Assembly: GCA_016699955.1 (NCBI GenBank)
Contig: CP064993.1
Coordinates: 150,001 to 182,000 of the forward strand
Direction of reading: 5' to 3'
Length of the DNA stretch: 32,000 nt
From: Candidatus Saccharimonadota bacterium
GTDB lineage: Bacteria > Patescibacteriota > Saccharimonadia > Saccharimonadales > UBA4665
Positions within the stretch are counted from its first letter, which is position 1. Each line of letters begins with the position of its first letter. Positions 15,148 through 22,985 of this stretch are shown in pieces. The notes beneath the pieces are model-generated. The model was not told the DNA's origin. It searched no databases and saw only the letters and a list, made by a program, of their open reading frames with translations. Made by a program: the position numbers and the translations under genes.

Positions 15148-16449
15148 ATGTTCAAACGACTAGTAACTTTAAGCGGAGCGGCAGTGTCAGTAGCGGCACT
15201 GTTCGTAGCTTCGGCCGGCGCTATGCCGACTAACACGACGAAGATTATTACGGCGAATGATCTGGATAACACATCATCAAATCCGGCTGTTGTAGCGACA
15301 GACGGCTTGAACAAGTGGTTCATGTATAACGATACTACTGATACGATCGACAATACGCTTGGTAGTTTCGTGTATGGGCCTGCAACGCCGCCTCACGGAA
15401 ACGGTAGCGTAGCATTCACTCTCGGGGCAAGCCCGCTGGATCGTAAGAATATCGCTACCTACCAATTTGGCGGACAAGCATTGTCAACGCTCACGAAGTT
15501 GTCTTACACCGCCTACTCTCACAGTGGTGTTGCTGGCACTAACGAATCGCCATACCTGAATTTCAACGTTGATTTCACCGGCACTAGTACTACGTGGCAG
15601 AAGCGATTGGTTTATGTACCAAGCGCCAACATGGTTTCCGTGCCGCAAGACACTTGGAATACCTATGACGCTATTAGTAGTGGTAACGCATTATGGAACT
15701 GGTCGGGTTTTGCCGCTAATGGCAATAAATGGCCTGACGGCAATATAAACCAAAATCGAACCTGGAGCGACATTTTGACGGCATTTCCGAGCGCCCGAGT
15801 CTTACCTGGTGACTCCTGGCTTGGCGTTCGCGTGGGTGAACCTGGTCCTACGGGCTACACCGGCAACGTCGACTCATTCACGCTCGGCACTGCCAATAAA
15901 GTGACAACCTATGATTTCGAACCTACTAACTTACCTAACAATGAAAAAGACTGCCGTAATAATGGATGGAAAGCCTTCAACGCGCCAACATTCAGCAGCA
16001 AGAAAGCTTGTGAAAACTGGGTTGACGCTGCTGCTCACGGCAACATACGTATGAGTGGCCCCAGCCAGAAAATAAAGTTTAATGTCGCGAACACAAAAGA
16101 CAATGATCGTGATCACCATGATCGTGATGAACGCGGCCGTAAGAACACCGTAGAGTACTGGAACTTCGATTACCCGGGCGGCCTGCACTACAAGGCTGCG
16201 ATCACGTGCCAGAATGTCAACCCGTTGACTAACGATGCACGTTTCATGTTCCAGATCCCTGCTGGCCACCCAGGCCTCAGTGACCTGTATATAGTGGTCT
16301 ATGTCAAGGATGGCGGTAAGCACCAGCCTGCTCAGTATGGGCACGCTGCAACAGCTGACAAAAATACAGCTCAGCAGTGGTGTGAAACCGGCGTTGGCTT
16401 TGCGCCAGCCATGTACACGGTTACCAAGGGCCACGTAGAAGTAAACTAG
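15148..16449 (+). CDS. Secreted hypothetical protein (433 aa)
   Basis: GAGGAGG lies 5 nt upstream of the ATG. The N-terminal signal-like segment is MFKRLVTLSGAAVSVAALFVASAGA. No family was recognised. Confidence 0.7.
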   Translation: MFKRLVTLSGAAVSVAALFVASAGAMPTNTTKIITANDLDNTSSNPAVVATDGLNKWFMYNDTTDTIDNTLGSFVYGPATPPHGNGSVAFTLGASPLDRKNIATYQFGGQALSTLTKLSYTAYSHSGVAGTNESPYLNFNVDFTGTSTTWQKRLVYVPSANMVSVPQDTWNTYDAISSGNALWNWSGFAANGNKWPDGNINQNRTWSDILTAFPSARVLPGDSWLGVRVGEPGPTGYTGNVDSFTLGTANKVTTYDFEPTNLPNNEKDCRNNGWKAFNAPTFSSKKACENWVDAAAHGNIRMSGPSQKIKFNVANTKDNDRDHHDRDERGRKNTVEYWNFDYPGGLHYKAAITCQNVNPLTNDARFMFQIPAGHPGLSDLYIVVYVKDGGKHQPAQYGHAATADKNTAQQWCETGVGFAPAMYTVTKGHVEVN

Positions 16450-16549
16450 CACAAAACGTTCTAGATTGGCCGAAGATGGTGACTTCATTAAACGGAGTCA
16501 CCATTTTCATTGTGAGAGTCGTTGTGTTTTTGTGCTCCATGAAAAGAGT

Positions 16550-16578
16550 CTTGCCCGATTGGGCAGGGCTTTATTCTT
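16550..16578 (+). terminator. Terminator-like hairpin after the 15148 gene
   Basis: CTTGCCC-GATT-GGGCAGG (one G.U pair) followed by the T-rich GCTTTATTCTT. Confidence 0.4.
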
Positions 16579-16719
16579 GGTGCAGGGCTAGTAGGGACTC
16601 TAACGGCTTTGCCAGTGGCAAAGCCCGACCCGAAGCCGGTCGACCTTGGGAGACCGGTTGTCGTGACAGCGCATGAGCATCTGCGCTCGTCGACAAGGAG
16701 AGTCCCCCCACCCGCACCA
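16579..16719 (+). ncRNA. Unclassified GC-rich structured RNA-like element with a tRNA-Gly-like 3' terminus
   Basis: Closing helices are GGTGC(A)GGG/CCCGCACC and GGGACTCT (16594-16601)/AGAGTCCC (16699-16706). Internal hairpins are GGCTTTGCC-AGT-GGCAAAGCC, CCGGTC-N10-GACCGG and AGCGCA-N8-TGCGCT. It is visibly more GC-rich than its surroundings and is followed by a strong terminator at 16733-16753. No Rfam family was recognised. Confidence 0.35.
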
Positions 16720-16758
16720 AATGAGGACTTTCGGACACTTCGGTGTCCTTTTTCTTTG
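16714..16758 (+). repeat. 45-nt exact repeat: core plus flank plus terminator (copy 2)
   Basis: Identical to 14855-14899. Confidence 0.9.
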
Positions 16759-16812
16759 CCATGCGAAGTCATATCTCATCACTTCTTTTAATATCTGCCA
16801 CTGGTTTTCTTT

Positions 16813-17241
16813 ATGACAAATAATAATTCTCTTCAGGACCTTCTCGCGACACTGGATGATATCACATTAAAAGATAGCAAAATACTTCTTGAGATAATGC
16901 AGCGTATAAGCGCTGCCGAACCTAAAATATGGAATGAACATACTATAGGTTTTGGTACATATCACTACAAATACGACAGCGGGCGCGAAGGCGACAGTCA
17001 AATTCTTAGTTTTTACCCAAGAAAGGGTAGGATTACCGTTTACCTGATGGACGGTACGGCACGCTATTCCGTGCTACTGGATAAGCTGGGCGGTCACAGT
17101 CCTACTGGTTACTGCATCGTGATTAAACGACTTAGTGATATAGAATTACCTGTACTTGAGGAGATTTTGCAGCAGTCTTATGAGTACATCAAGTCAATGT
17201 CACAGAAGGGACCTATCAACAGAATATTATGGAAAAATTAA
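16813..17241 (+). CDS. DUF1801 (YdhG-like) domain protein
   Basis: KIWNEHTIGFGTYHYKYDSGREGDSQILSFYPRKGRITVYL is typical of DUF1801. Confidence 0.7.
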   Translation: MTNNNSLQDLLATLDDITLKDSKILLEIMQRISAAEPKIWNEHTIGFGTYHYKYDSGREGDSQILSFYPRKGRITVYLMDGTARYSVLLDKLGGHSPTGYCIVIKRLSDIELPVLEEILQQSYEYIKSMSQKGPINRILWKN

Positions 17242-17263
17242 AAATGAACATCGTGGAAGGTAA

Positions 17264-17428
17264 TTAGTAAATAATCTTTTCACAATTCTCCATTCCATTT
17301 TGGATCAGGACACCCATATTGGGCGCCGATAAACGACCGCCCTCAGTCAGCCATTCAAAAAGTTTAAGTAAATTCTCTGTAAAGGTGCGCCAAACAGGGA
17401 TAGCGGGACGCTTATTTGCCCTGTTATT
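17264..17428 (-). pseudogene. Start-less remnant resembling the C-terminal part of a class I methyltransferase
   Basis: The minus frame between stops reads NRANKRPAIPVWRTFTENLLKLFEWLTEGGRLSAPNMGVLIQNGMENCEKIIY*. A related remnant lies at 18193-18300. Confidence 0.3.
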
Positions 17429-17483
17429 TTATTATTAGCAGTGATTCAATATATAATGTGAAAATAACTAAGGAGTATCCGCT

Positions 17484-18125
17484 ATGGCAACAAAAAAAGA
17501 TAAGTATCCGGCCACTTTTGATATAGATTATCCGAAAAAACTTGACCGTCTGAGTACTTTTTTTCGTATCGTATGGAGTATCCCTGCGATAATCATCATT
17601 AGCATGCTGACAGCATCTGGTAGCGAGCGGCTCATGAACGAAGCGGGCCAGGAAGTTTCTACGGGCGGTGGTGGCATTGCGGCTGGACTGTTTTGTGCTA
17701 CTGCCCTGATGATTCTTTTCCGCCAGCGTTATCCACGATGGTGGTTTGATTTTGCGCTCGAACTAAACAGATATTCATCTAGAGTCGGTGCTTACATTCT
17801 CCTGCTAACTGATCGTTACCCTTCCACCGTTGAAAAGCAATCAGTCCAGTTGGACATAGAGTACCCAAATGTTGAGCGAGATCTTAATCGTTGGTTGCCA
17901 TTGGTAAAGTGGTTGCTAGCTATACCTCATTATTTTGTATTGTTCATTCTTGTAATTGCTGCCTCAGTAGCGACTGTCATTGGCTGGTTTAGCATACTCT
18001 TTACCGGTCAATACCCCAGGAGTTTATTTAACTTTGTGGTTGGGGTGGGCAGATGGGGTGTTCGAGTCACTGCTTATGCGTTTTTGCTAACAACCGATGA
18101 ATATCCACCGTTTAGGCTTCGATAA
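17484..18125 (+). CDS. DUF4389 domain membrane protein
   Basis: Duplicated modules ...LSTFFRIVWSIPAIIII...RYPRWWFDFALELNRYSSRVGAYILLLTDRYPS and ...LLAIPHYFVLFIL...GQYPRSLFNFVVGVGRWGVRVTAYAFLLTTDEYPPF. AAGGAG lies 8 nt upstream of the ATG. Confidence 0.8.
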   Translation: MATKKDKYPATFDIDYPKKLDRLSTFFRIVWSIPAIIIISMLTASGSERLMNEAGQEVSTGGGGIAAGLFCATALMILFRQRYPRWWFDFALELNRYSSRVGAYILLLTDRYPSTVEKQSVQLDIEYPNVERDLNRWLPLVKWLLAIPHYFVLFILVIAASVATVIGWFSILFTGQYPRSLFNFVVGVGRWGVRVTAYAFLLTTDEYPPFRLR

Positions 18126-18192
18126 CATCCGCTGAACCAGTAGATTGTCTGATAACCCAAAGATTTGATCAATATGTTGTAACTTCTTATAG

Positions 18193-18300
18193 CTATGTTC
18201 TATGTCGTCGATTATATCTAGGGGGTGACAGTAGGCTAAAAAGCCGACCACTCACCAGACATTCAAAAAGTTTATAACTCTGCACCAATAGGACTGTCAG
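18193..18300 (-). pseudogene. Second start-less methyltransferase-like remnant
   Basis: The minus frame reads LTVLLVQSYKLFECLVSGGRLFSLLSPP.... It shares KLFE-x-L-x2-GGRL with 17264-17428, and the DNA core cattcaaaaagttta is identical. Confidence 0.3.
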
Positions 18301-18426
18301 TTATTAAGCCTATTTTTGGGAAGAATTTTACAGACAAAAACCTGGGCAAAGGATAGAGTATAAAGAGCTTCAGGTGTTAAACCTATTAAGAGCACGTAAC
18401 TTTAACGAAAAAAAGGGGTAAATGAA

Positions 18427-18807
18427 ATGGCTAAATACATTGATGGATTTGTACTTGTAATACCTAAAGGCAAAGAAGCCGAATACCAGAAAATGGCAGA
18501 AGAAGGGCGTGATTCATGGATGAAGCATGGTGCACTTCAGTACTTTGAGTGCAGAGGCGAAGATCTTAAGCAGCAGGAAATGGGTGACCTAAAATCACGA
18601 GCTTTTCAGGAGATGGCTGGCGCTAACGGGGATGATAATGTCTGGTTTTCATTCATTGTTTTCGAATCAAAAGAGCACCGCGACGAAGTAAACAAAAAAG
18701 TTATGGACGAAATGAGCGAATTGTATAAGGATAAAACTGATTTTGAAATGCCGAACGATATGAAAAAAATGGCATACGGCGGATTTGAAGTGGTAGTTGA
18801 AGGTTAA
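18427..18807 (+). CDS. DUF1428 (YbaA-like) protein
   Basis: MAKYIDGFVLVIPKGKEAEYQKMAE...WFSFIVFESKEHRDEVNKKVM...MAYGGFEVVV is collinear with E. coli YbaA-type proteins. Confidence 0.8.
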   Translation: MAKYIDGFVLVIPKGKEAEYQKMAEEGRDSWMKHGALQYFECRGEDLKQQEMGDLKSRAFQEMAGANGDDNVWFSFIVFESKEHRDEVNKKVMDEMSELYKDKTDFEMPNDMKKMAYGGFEVVVEG

Positions 18808-18976
18808 AGGGCTTTTTTATTAGTCTGACTCTAGAGTCTTACCGCTGTCCAAAAGCAAAGGTAAAAATTGCCGGTGGCAGTTAGTTATCCACATTTCGTT
18901 AAGTGATGGTATATACTAGACAGGCGGTATAATAAAACAAGTTACGCATTAACAATCAATTTAAGAGGAGGCCGAC

Positions 18977-19168
18977 ATGGTTACAGGATACTGCGTTAAA
19001 TGTAAGGAAAAAGGCGTTGAATTGTCAGCACCAGAGATTGTCAAAACTAAAACAGGTGGTTTCATGGCCAAGGGCAAGCATGAAAAATGCGGAACTACAG
19101 TTTGCGCAATGATGTCTAAGGAAAATGCCGAAAAAGCAGTAGAAGCCGGCGCAAAAAAAGCCTACTAG
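18977..19168 (+). CDS. Small zinc-ribbon protein, DUF5679-like
   Basis: GYCVKCKEKGVEL...KGKHEKCGTTVC has paired CxxC-like motifs. AGAGGAGG lies 6 nt upstream of the ATG. Confidence 0.6.
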   Translation: MVTGYCVKCKEKGVELSAPEIVKTKTGGFMAKGKHEKCGTTVCAMMSKENAEKAVEAGAKKAY

Positions 19169-19207
19169 ACCTCAAGGCACGAAAATCTAATCAGTAACCG
19201 TATGCTG

Positions 19208-19247
19208 CCACACTATGAAAAACCAGTCCTTGTGGCTGGTTTTTTCA
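19208..19247 (+). repeat. Junction/terminator repeat (copy 1) related to the flank of the tRNA-derived minihelix
   Basis: ccacactatgaaaaaccagtccttgtggctggttttttca compared with 22981-23018 caccatgaaaagtccactccttgtggctggttttttca. It contains AACCAG-N9-CTGGTT followed by TTTTT. Confidence 0.75.
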
Positions 19248-19386
19248 CGGTCTATCTTGAACCCCTAGCTCCTGGCCGAATAAAATATTTATCACCAGGA
19301 GTAGCTCTTGCCCACATGGCTGGTCATTATTACAGTTACTCTGACCGACACCGTCCTTGCTGTCCGTTTTTGATATAGTTAAGTTT

Positions 19387-20025
19387 ATGAAAGAAACTCT
19401 AGGCATACTAGCCGTTATCGTTGGCTTCATCGGATATATCCCTTATTTCCGCACAATTTTTAGTGGAAAGACTAAGCCTCATGCATTCAGTTGGCTGGTG
19501 TGGGGGACTCTAACGGGTATTGCGTTTGTTAGCCAAGTTGCTGGCAATGGTGGGGCTGGGGCCTGGGTAACTGGCTTCACCGCGCTGATTAGCTTTACAA
19601 TATTTGGCCTTGCTCTGTTTAAGGGTGTTAAAGATTTTCCTCTTACTGACTGGCTGTGCCTCGCCGGAAGTATAATTGCTATTGCGTTGTGGGCACTCAC
19701 TAAGAATCCATTGATAGCAGTCGTGTTGATCACGATAATTGATTTCGTGGCATTCCTTCCTACAATTCGTAAGTCCTATTCTGAGCCGAACTCTGAACCT
19801 ATATTCACCTACTCGCTGAGCGGCCTCAAGTTCTTGATTGGGATCATAGCGCTCACTGAGCTGTCATGGCTAACAGTGTTATATCCCGCCTCATTAGTTA
19901 TGGCTAACGGAGGATTTGTGGTGATGTTGCTTATACGAAGAAATAAACTGGCTCAGGAGCAGTCATCTCTTGCGTTGAGTCCCCTCACCCGCTCCAAAGT
20001 GACACAACAGAGGACACATCGCTAA
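19387..20025 (+). CDS. Polytopic membrane protein (about 6 TM) whose 3' end runs into a tRNA-Gly 3'-end repeat
   Basis: The preferred start is the ATG at 19387 (MKETLGILAVIVGF...). The last codons ...SLALSPLTRSKVTQQRTHR* are encoded by the 19977-19996 repeat and its flank. Confidence 0.55.
   Translation: MKETLGILAVIVGFIGYIPYFRTIFSGKTKPHAFSWLVWGTLTGIAFVSQVAGNGGAGAWVTGFTALISFTIFGLALFKGVKDFPLTDWLCLAGSIIAIALWALTKNPLIAVVLITIIDFVAFLPTIRKSYSEPNSEPIFTYSLSGLKFLIGIIALTELSWLTVLYPASLVMANGGFVVMLLIRRNKLAQEQSSLALSPLTRSKVTQQRTHR
19977..19996 (+). repeat. Copy of the tRNA-Gly 3' end (19 of 20 nt)
   Basis: gagtcccctcacccgcTcca compared with tRNA 6212-6231 gagtcccctcacccgcAcca. Confidence 0.85.
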
Positions 20026-20076
20026 GGCGTGGCGTTTTTGACATAACCTTATAATTTCATCTGTTATTATACATTC

Positions 20077-20799
20077 ATGAAAGATAAAATTATCGTAATT
20101 ACTGGTGCAAGCGAAGGCCTGGGCAAAGCTGCTGCGGCTAAACTAGCCCAAGAGGGTGCAAAATTAGTTTTAGTTGCACGCAACGAGGAAAAGCTTAAGC
20201 AAGTGAGTGAACAGATGGGCGAAAATACTCGATATTACGTGTGTGATGTGGGTGTCCCCGCCCAAGTTAGGGAAGTAGCAAGCAAGATATTAGACGAGTA
20301 CGAGTCAATAGATATCCTTATTAACTGTGCTGGTATATGGACAGACGAAGAGCTGGAGAAGAACGATGCTGATCGACGCAAGAGAGTTCTCGAAGTAAAC
20401 ACACTCGGAACAATTGAGTTCATAAAAGCCTTTGAGCCATCACTAAGAGCCAACAACAAAGGCCATGTCTTGAATGTGATATCTACCTCAGGAAACTTTG
20501 ATACAAGCTCTGGCGACAATACGTTGTGGCAAACTTACGGCGCAAGTAAATGGGCACTGTCTGGGTTTACTCGCGCATTTAAAGATTCTCTTGAGGGAAC
20601 CAGGGTTAAAGTTACCGGCTTCTACCCTGGTGGCTTTGATAGTAACTTGTATGAAAATGCGAATGTTCCAGACGCACACAACCAACCGTGGATGATGAAA
20701 ACTGATGATGTGGCAGACGCGCTGATATTTTGTCTGACTCGACCAGACGATATGCTCGTTGAAAAGCTCATTGTTACGAAGTTCGGTGCCGATAGTTAG
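20077..20799 (+). CDS. Short-chain dehydrogenase/reductase (SDR) family oxidoreductase
   Basis: Carries VITGASEGLGKA (TGxxxGxG), NCAG and YGASKWAL (YxxxK). Confidence 0.85.
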   Translation: MKDKIIVITGASEGLGKAAAAKLAQEGAKLVLVARNEEKLKQVSEQMGENTRYYVCDVGVPAQVREVASKILDEYESIDILINCAGIWTDEELEKNDADRRKRVLEVNTLGTIEFIKAFEPSLRANNKGHVLNVISTSGNFDTSSGDNTLWQTYGASKWALSGFTRAFKDSLEGTRVKVTGFYPGGFDSNLYENANVPDAHNQPWMMKTDDVADALIFCLTRPDDMLVEKLIVTKFGADS

Positions 20800-20835
20800 A
20801 TACAAGTACGTTTTAACCTCTGTTATGATATAGGT

Positions 20836-21771
20836 ATGAAAATAGTTCTTCCTGACAAAATCAATATCTCTAGTGATTACAAAAATATGATTAGAGAACT
20901 GGGAGCAGAGGTCTTTGAGGACTTACCTGATAACAACGAGCTTAAGAAGCGAATTGCTGATGCTGAAATTATCACAGCTAGTTATGTAGATATTACACCT
21001 GATGTAATTGACGCTGCACCAAATCTCAGATATATTGTTGTGCCTGCTGTTGGGTTTGAATGGGTTGATACTAAATACGCTGCGTCTAAGGGTATAACAA
21101 CGCTTAATTGCCCAACTTTTAATAGTCAGGCTGTTGCCGAACACGCAATGACATTACTCATGGCTGCAAATCGCAATCTGATAGTAGGCATAGACGAGCT
21201 ACGAGCTGGCAAGTGGAGTCCCCAAACTTTGATTGGCTACGAACTTGATAGCAAAAAACTAGGTTTGATTGGCTACGGAAATGTCGGTACAAGAATAGAA
21301 AAAATCTCAATTGGACTCGGTATGAGCGTCAGTTATACAAACTCAAAATCAACATCTGACGAGGTAGATGAACTGCTTAGTAGCTCTGACTTTATTATTA
21401 TCTGCGCCCCGTTAAATGACGGCACAAGAAACTTAGTTGATGACCGCCGATTAAAGCTTCTGAAACAAACTGCAATACTAGTCAATGTTGGACGTGGTGC
21501 AGTTATTGACCAAAATGCACTAATTGAACTACTAAAAAATAAAATGATACGAGGTGCGGGGCTAGATGTATTTGACGGCGAGCCGCTAACAGGGGTACCT
21601 AGCGATGAGATAGTTGAGCTGGCAAGGCTACCGAATGTCGTAACTACCCCACATATTGCCTATAACACAGAAGAAATTAACGACAAACAAGGTGCAGAAA
21701 TACTGTTAAACCTGCAATCGTGCATAGCTGGTGAGCCAGTCAATGTTGTTATGCAGGGCAGTGCAAAGTGA
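20836..21771 (+). CDS. D-isomer-specific 2-hydroxyacid dehydrogenase family protein (NAD-binding)
   Basis: Carries LGLIGYGNVGTRI (GxGxxG), VNVGRGAVID and TPHIAYNT. Confidence 0.85.
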   Translation: MKIVLPDKINISSDYKNMIRELGAEVFEDLPDNNELKKRIADAEIITASYVDITPDVIDAAPNLRYIVVPAVGFEWVDTKYAASKGITTLNCPTFNSQAVAEHAMTLLMAANRNLIVGIDELRAGKWSPQTLIGYELDSKKLGLIGYGNVGTRIEKISIGLGMSVSYTNSKSTSDEVDELLSSSDFIIICAPLNDGTRNLVDDRRLKLLKQTAILVNVGRGAVIDQNALIELLKNKMIRGAGLDVFDGEPLTGVPSDEIVELARLPNVVTTPHIAYNTEEINDKQGAEILLNLQSCIAGEPVNVVMQGSAK

Positions 21772-21783
21772 GTGGAATGAATA

Positions 21784-22686
21784 ATGGCTAATAAGAGGCC
21801 CCTTTCAGCACCAGTCGGCGCAAGCCTCATTGTTTTGTCGTCGTTTTTCTATGCCAGTTACGGTATTTGGACAAAGCTAATGGGCGACTTCTTTCAAGGC
21901 TACACAGCTTCGGCTCTGCGAAGTGTGTTGGTACTTCTTATCCTATTACCTATTGCCCTTTTCTATCGGCACTTACAGCCACTAAAGCTAAAGCAAAATT
22001 GGCGGTACATAGCTGGAATGCTCATTGCTTCATTGTTTACTTGGGGACCGTTATACTACGCAATCTTACATGCAGGAGTCGGTATAAGTCTGGCTATTGT
22101 GTATGCAAGCATTGTTATTGGTTCATTCTTTTTTGGCTGGCTATTTGGTCGGGAACGGTTTACGAAAGATAAAGCTATATCTGCTGGATTAGGCGTAATT
22201 GGACTGGGGCTAATCTTTTCCCCAAGCACAGGCAGTTTAGGCTGGCTAGCACTACTAGGAGCTTTGGTTAGCGGTCTATCTGCTGGTGCAAACGCTGTTT
22301 TTTCTAAGCAGATACGGTACAACGCTACTCAATCAACTATTGTTCTATGGGTTACGTCAGTAATAGCAAACTTTGTTATGGCTTTTGCGCTTCAAGAACA
22401 TTATCCAGAAGTTGGCTGGTATGCTCCCTGGCTGTGGCTTGTTTTCTTTGCAGTTGCTTCGGTTATTGCGTCTTGGTCACTTGTAAAGGGAGTAAAGCTC
22501 ATAGATGCTGGCGCAGCAGGTGTTTTAGGATTATTAGAAATTGTGTTTGGCGTAATCTTCGGAGTTATATTCTTTCACGAACGACCAGCAGCAATAGCAT
22601 TGCTTGGAATGGCTGTAATAATTGGTGCGGCTTCCATACCGTACTTTAAAGACTATAACGCTAAGCGTGGGACATTAGATGAGTAA
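21784..22686 (+). CDS. EamA/DMT-family transporter
   Basis: About ten hydrophobic helices arranged as two EamA-like halves, in a 300-aa protein. Confidence 0.75.
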   Translation: MANKRPLSAPVGASLIVLSSFFYASYGIWTKLMGDFFQGYTASALRSVLVLLILLPIALFYRHLQPLKLKQNWRYIAGMLIASLFTWGPLYYAILHAGVGISLAIVYASIVIGSFFFGWLFGRERFTKDKAISAGLGVIGLGLIFSPSTGSLGWLALLGALVSGLSAGANAVFSKQIRYNATQSTIVLWVTSVIANFVMAFALQEHYPEVGWYAPWLWLVFFAVASVIASWSLVKGVKLIDAGAAGVLGLLEIVFGVIFGVIFFHERPAAIALLGMAVIIGAASIPYFKDYNAKRGTLDE

Positions 22687-22950
22687 AGTTCAGAAGGAAG
22701 AAACGGTTAGTCCAAAAGTGCAAACACCTGAAACTGAAACAGGGAGAGGTATTGTTGAGCCAGGTAGGCAATTTGTAGCAGACTTTTATAATCAATTGGC
22801 AGAGGCAACGAGTCCGTATGTCGAGGGTGCAAGTTAGCATAGTCTATATTACCTAAGCAGGAACACAAGTGCTTATTTGTACTGTACAATTTTACAATTT
22901 CTAAGGGGTAACGTTTTACTTTCGTAGCTGGAGTTACTAAATTGGCGACA

Positions 22951-22985
22951 GCGGGGTAAGAGTAGGGTTCTCCTAACCCGCACCA
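22951..22985 (+). other. tRNA-Gly-derived 35-nt acceptor/T-arm minihelix with encoded CCA (internally deleted pseudo-tRNA or displaced att remnant)
   Basis: GCGGGGT AAGAG TAGGGTT CTCCT AACCCGC A CCA, i.e. a 7-bp acceptor-like stem (one mismatch), a 5-bp T-like stem (one mismatch) and a 7-nt loop. It is followed by a hairpin and T-run at 22990-23016. Confidence 0.5.

Noticed and set aside
16579-16719. tmRNA (ssrA) identity for the element ending ...TCCCCCCACCCGCACCA.
   Set aside because: There is no T-arm with a TTCRA loop before the 3' strand. The acceptor positions would give G3:C70 rather than the G3.U70 needed for Ala charging. No 5' GGGG acceptor partner and no tag reading frame were found, and the length is less than half that of tmRNA.
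16579-16719. Known riboswitch classes, prompted by fragments such as AAGCCCGA...GAAGCCGG (B12-box-like), GTCGTGACAGCG (ZTP-like), GGAGAG (glycine / yybP-like) and CTAGTAGGGA (ykkC-like).
   Set aside because: Each resemblance is a single short fragment in the wrong order or context. The other obligatory conserved blocks of those classes are absent. The same terminator also exists at 14873-14895 without the element.
16476-16791. Five overlapping 60-94-aa ORFs on both strands across the GC-rich element.
   Set aside because: They overlap one another and the terminator. They are Arg/Gly/Pro/Cys-rich and have no ribosome-binding sites. The open frames are better explained by the GC-rich structured sequence.
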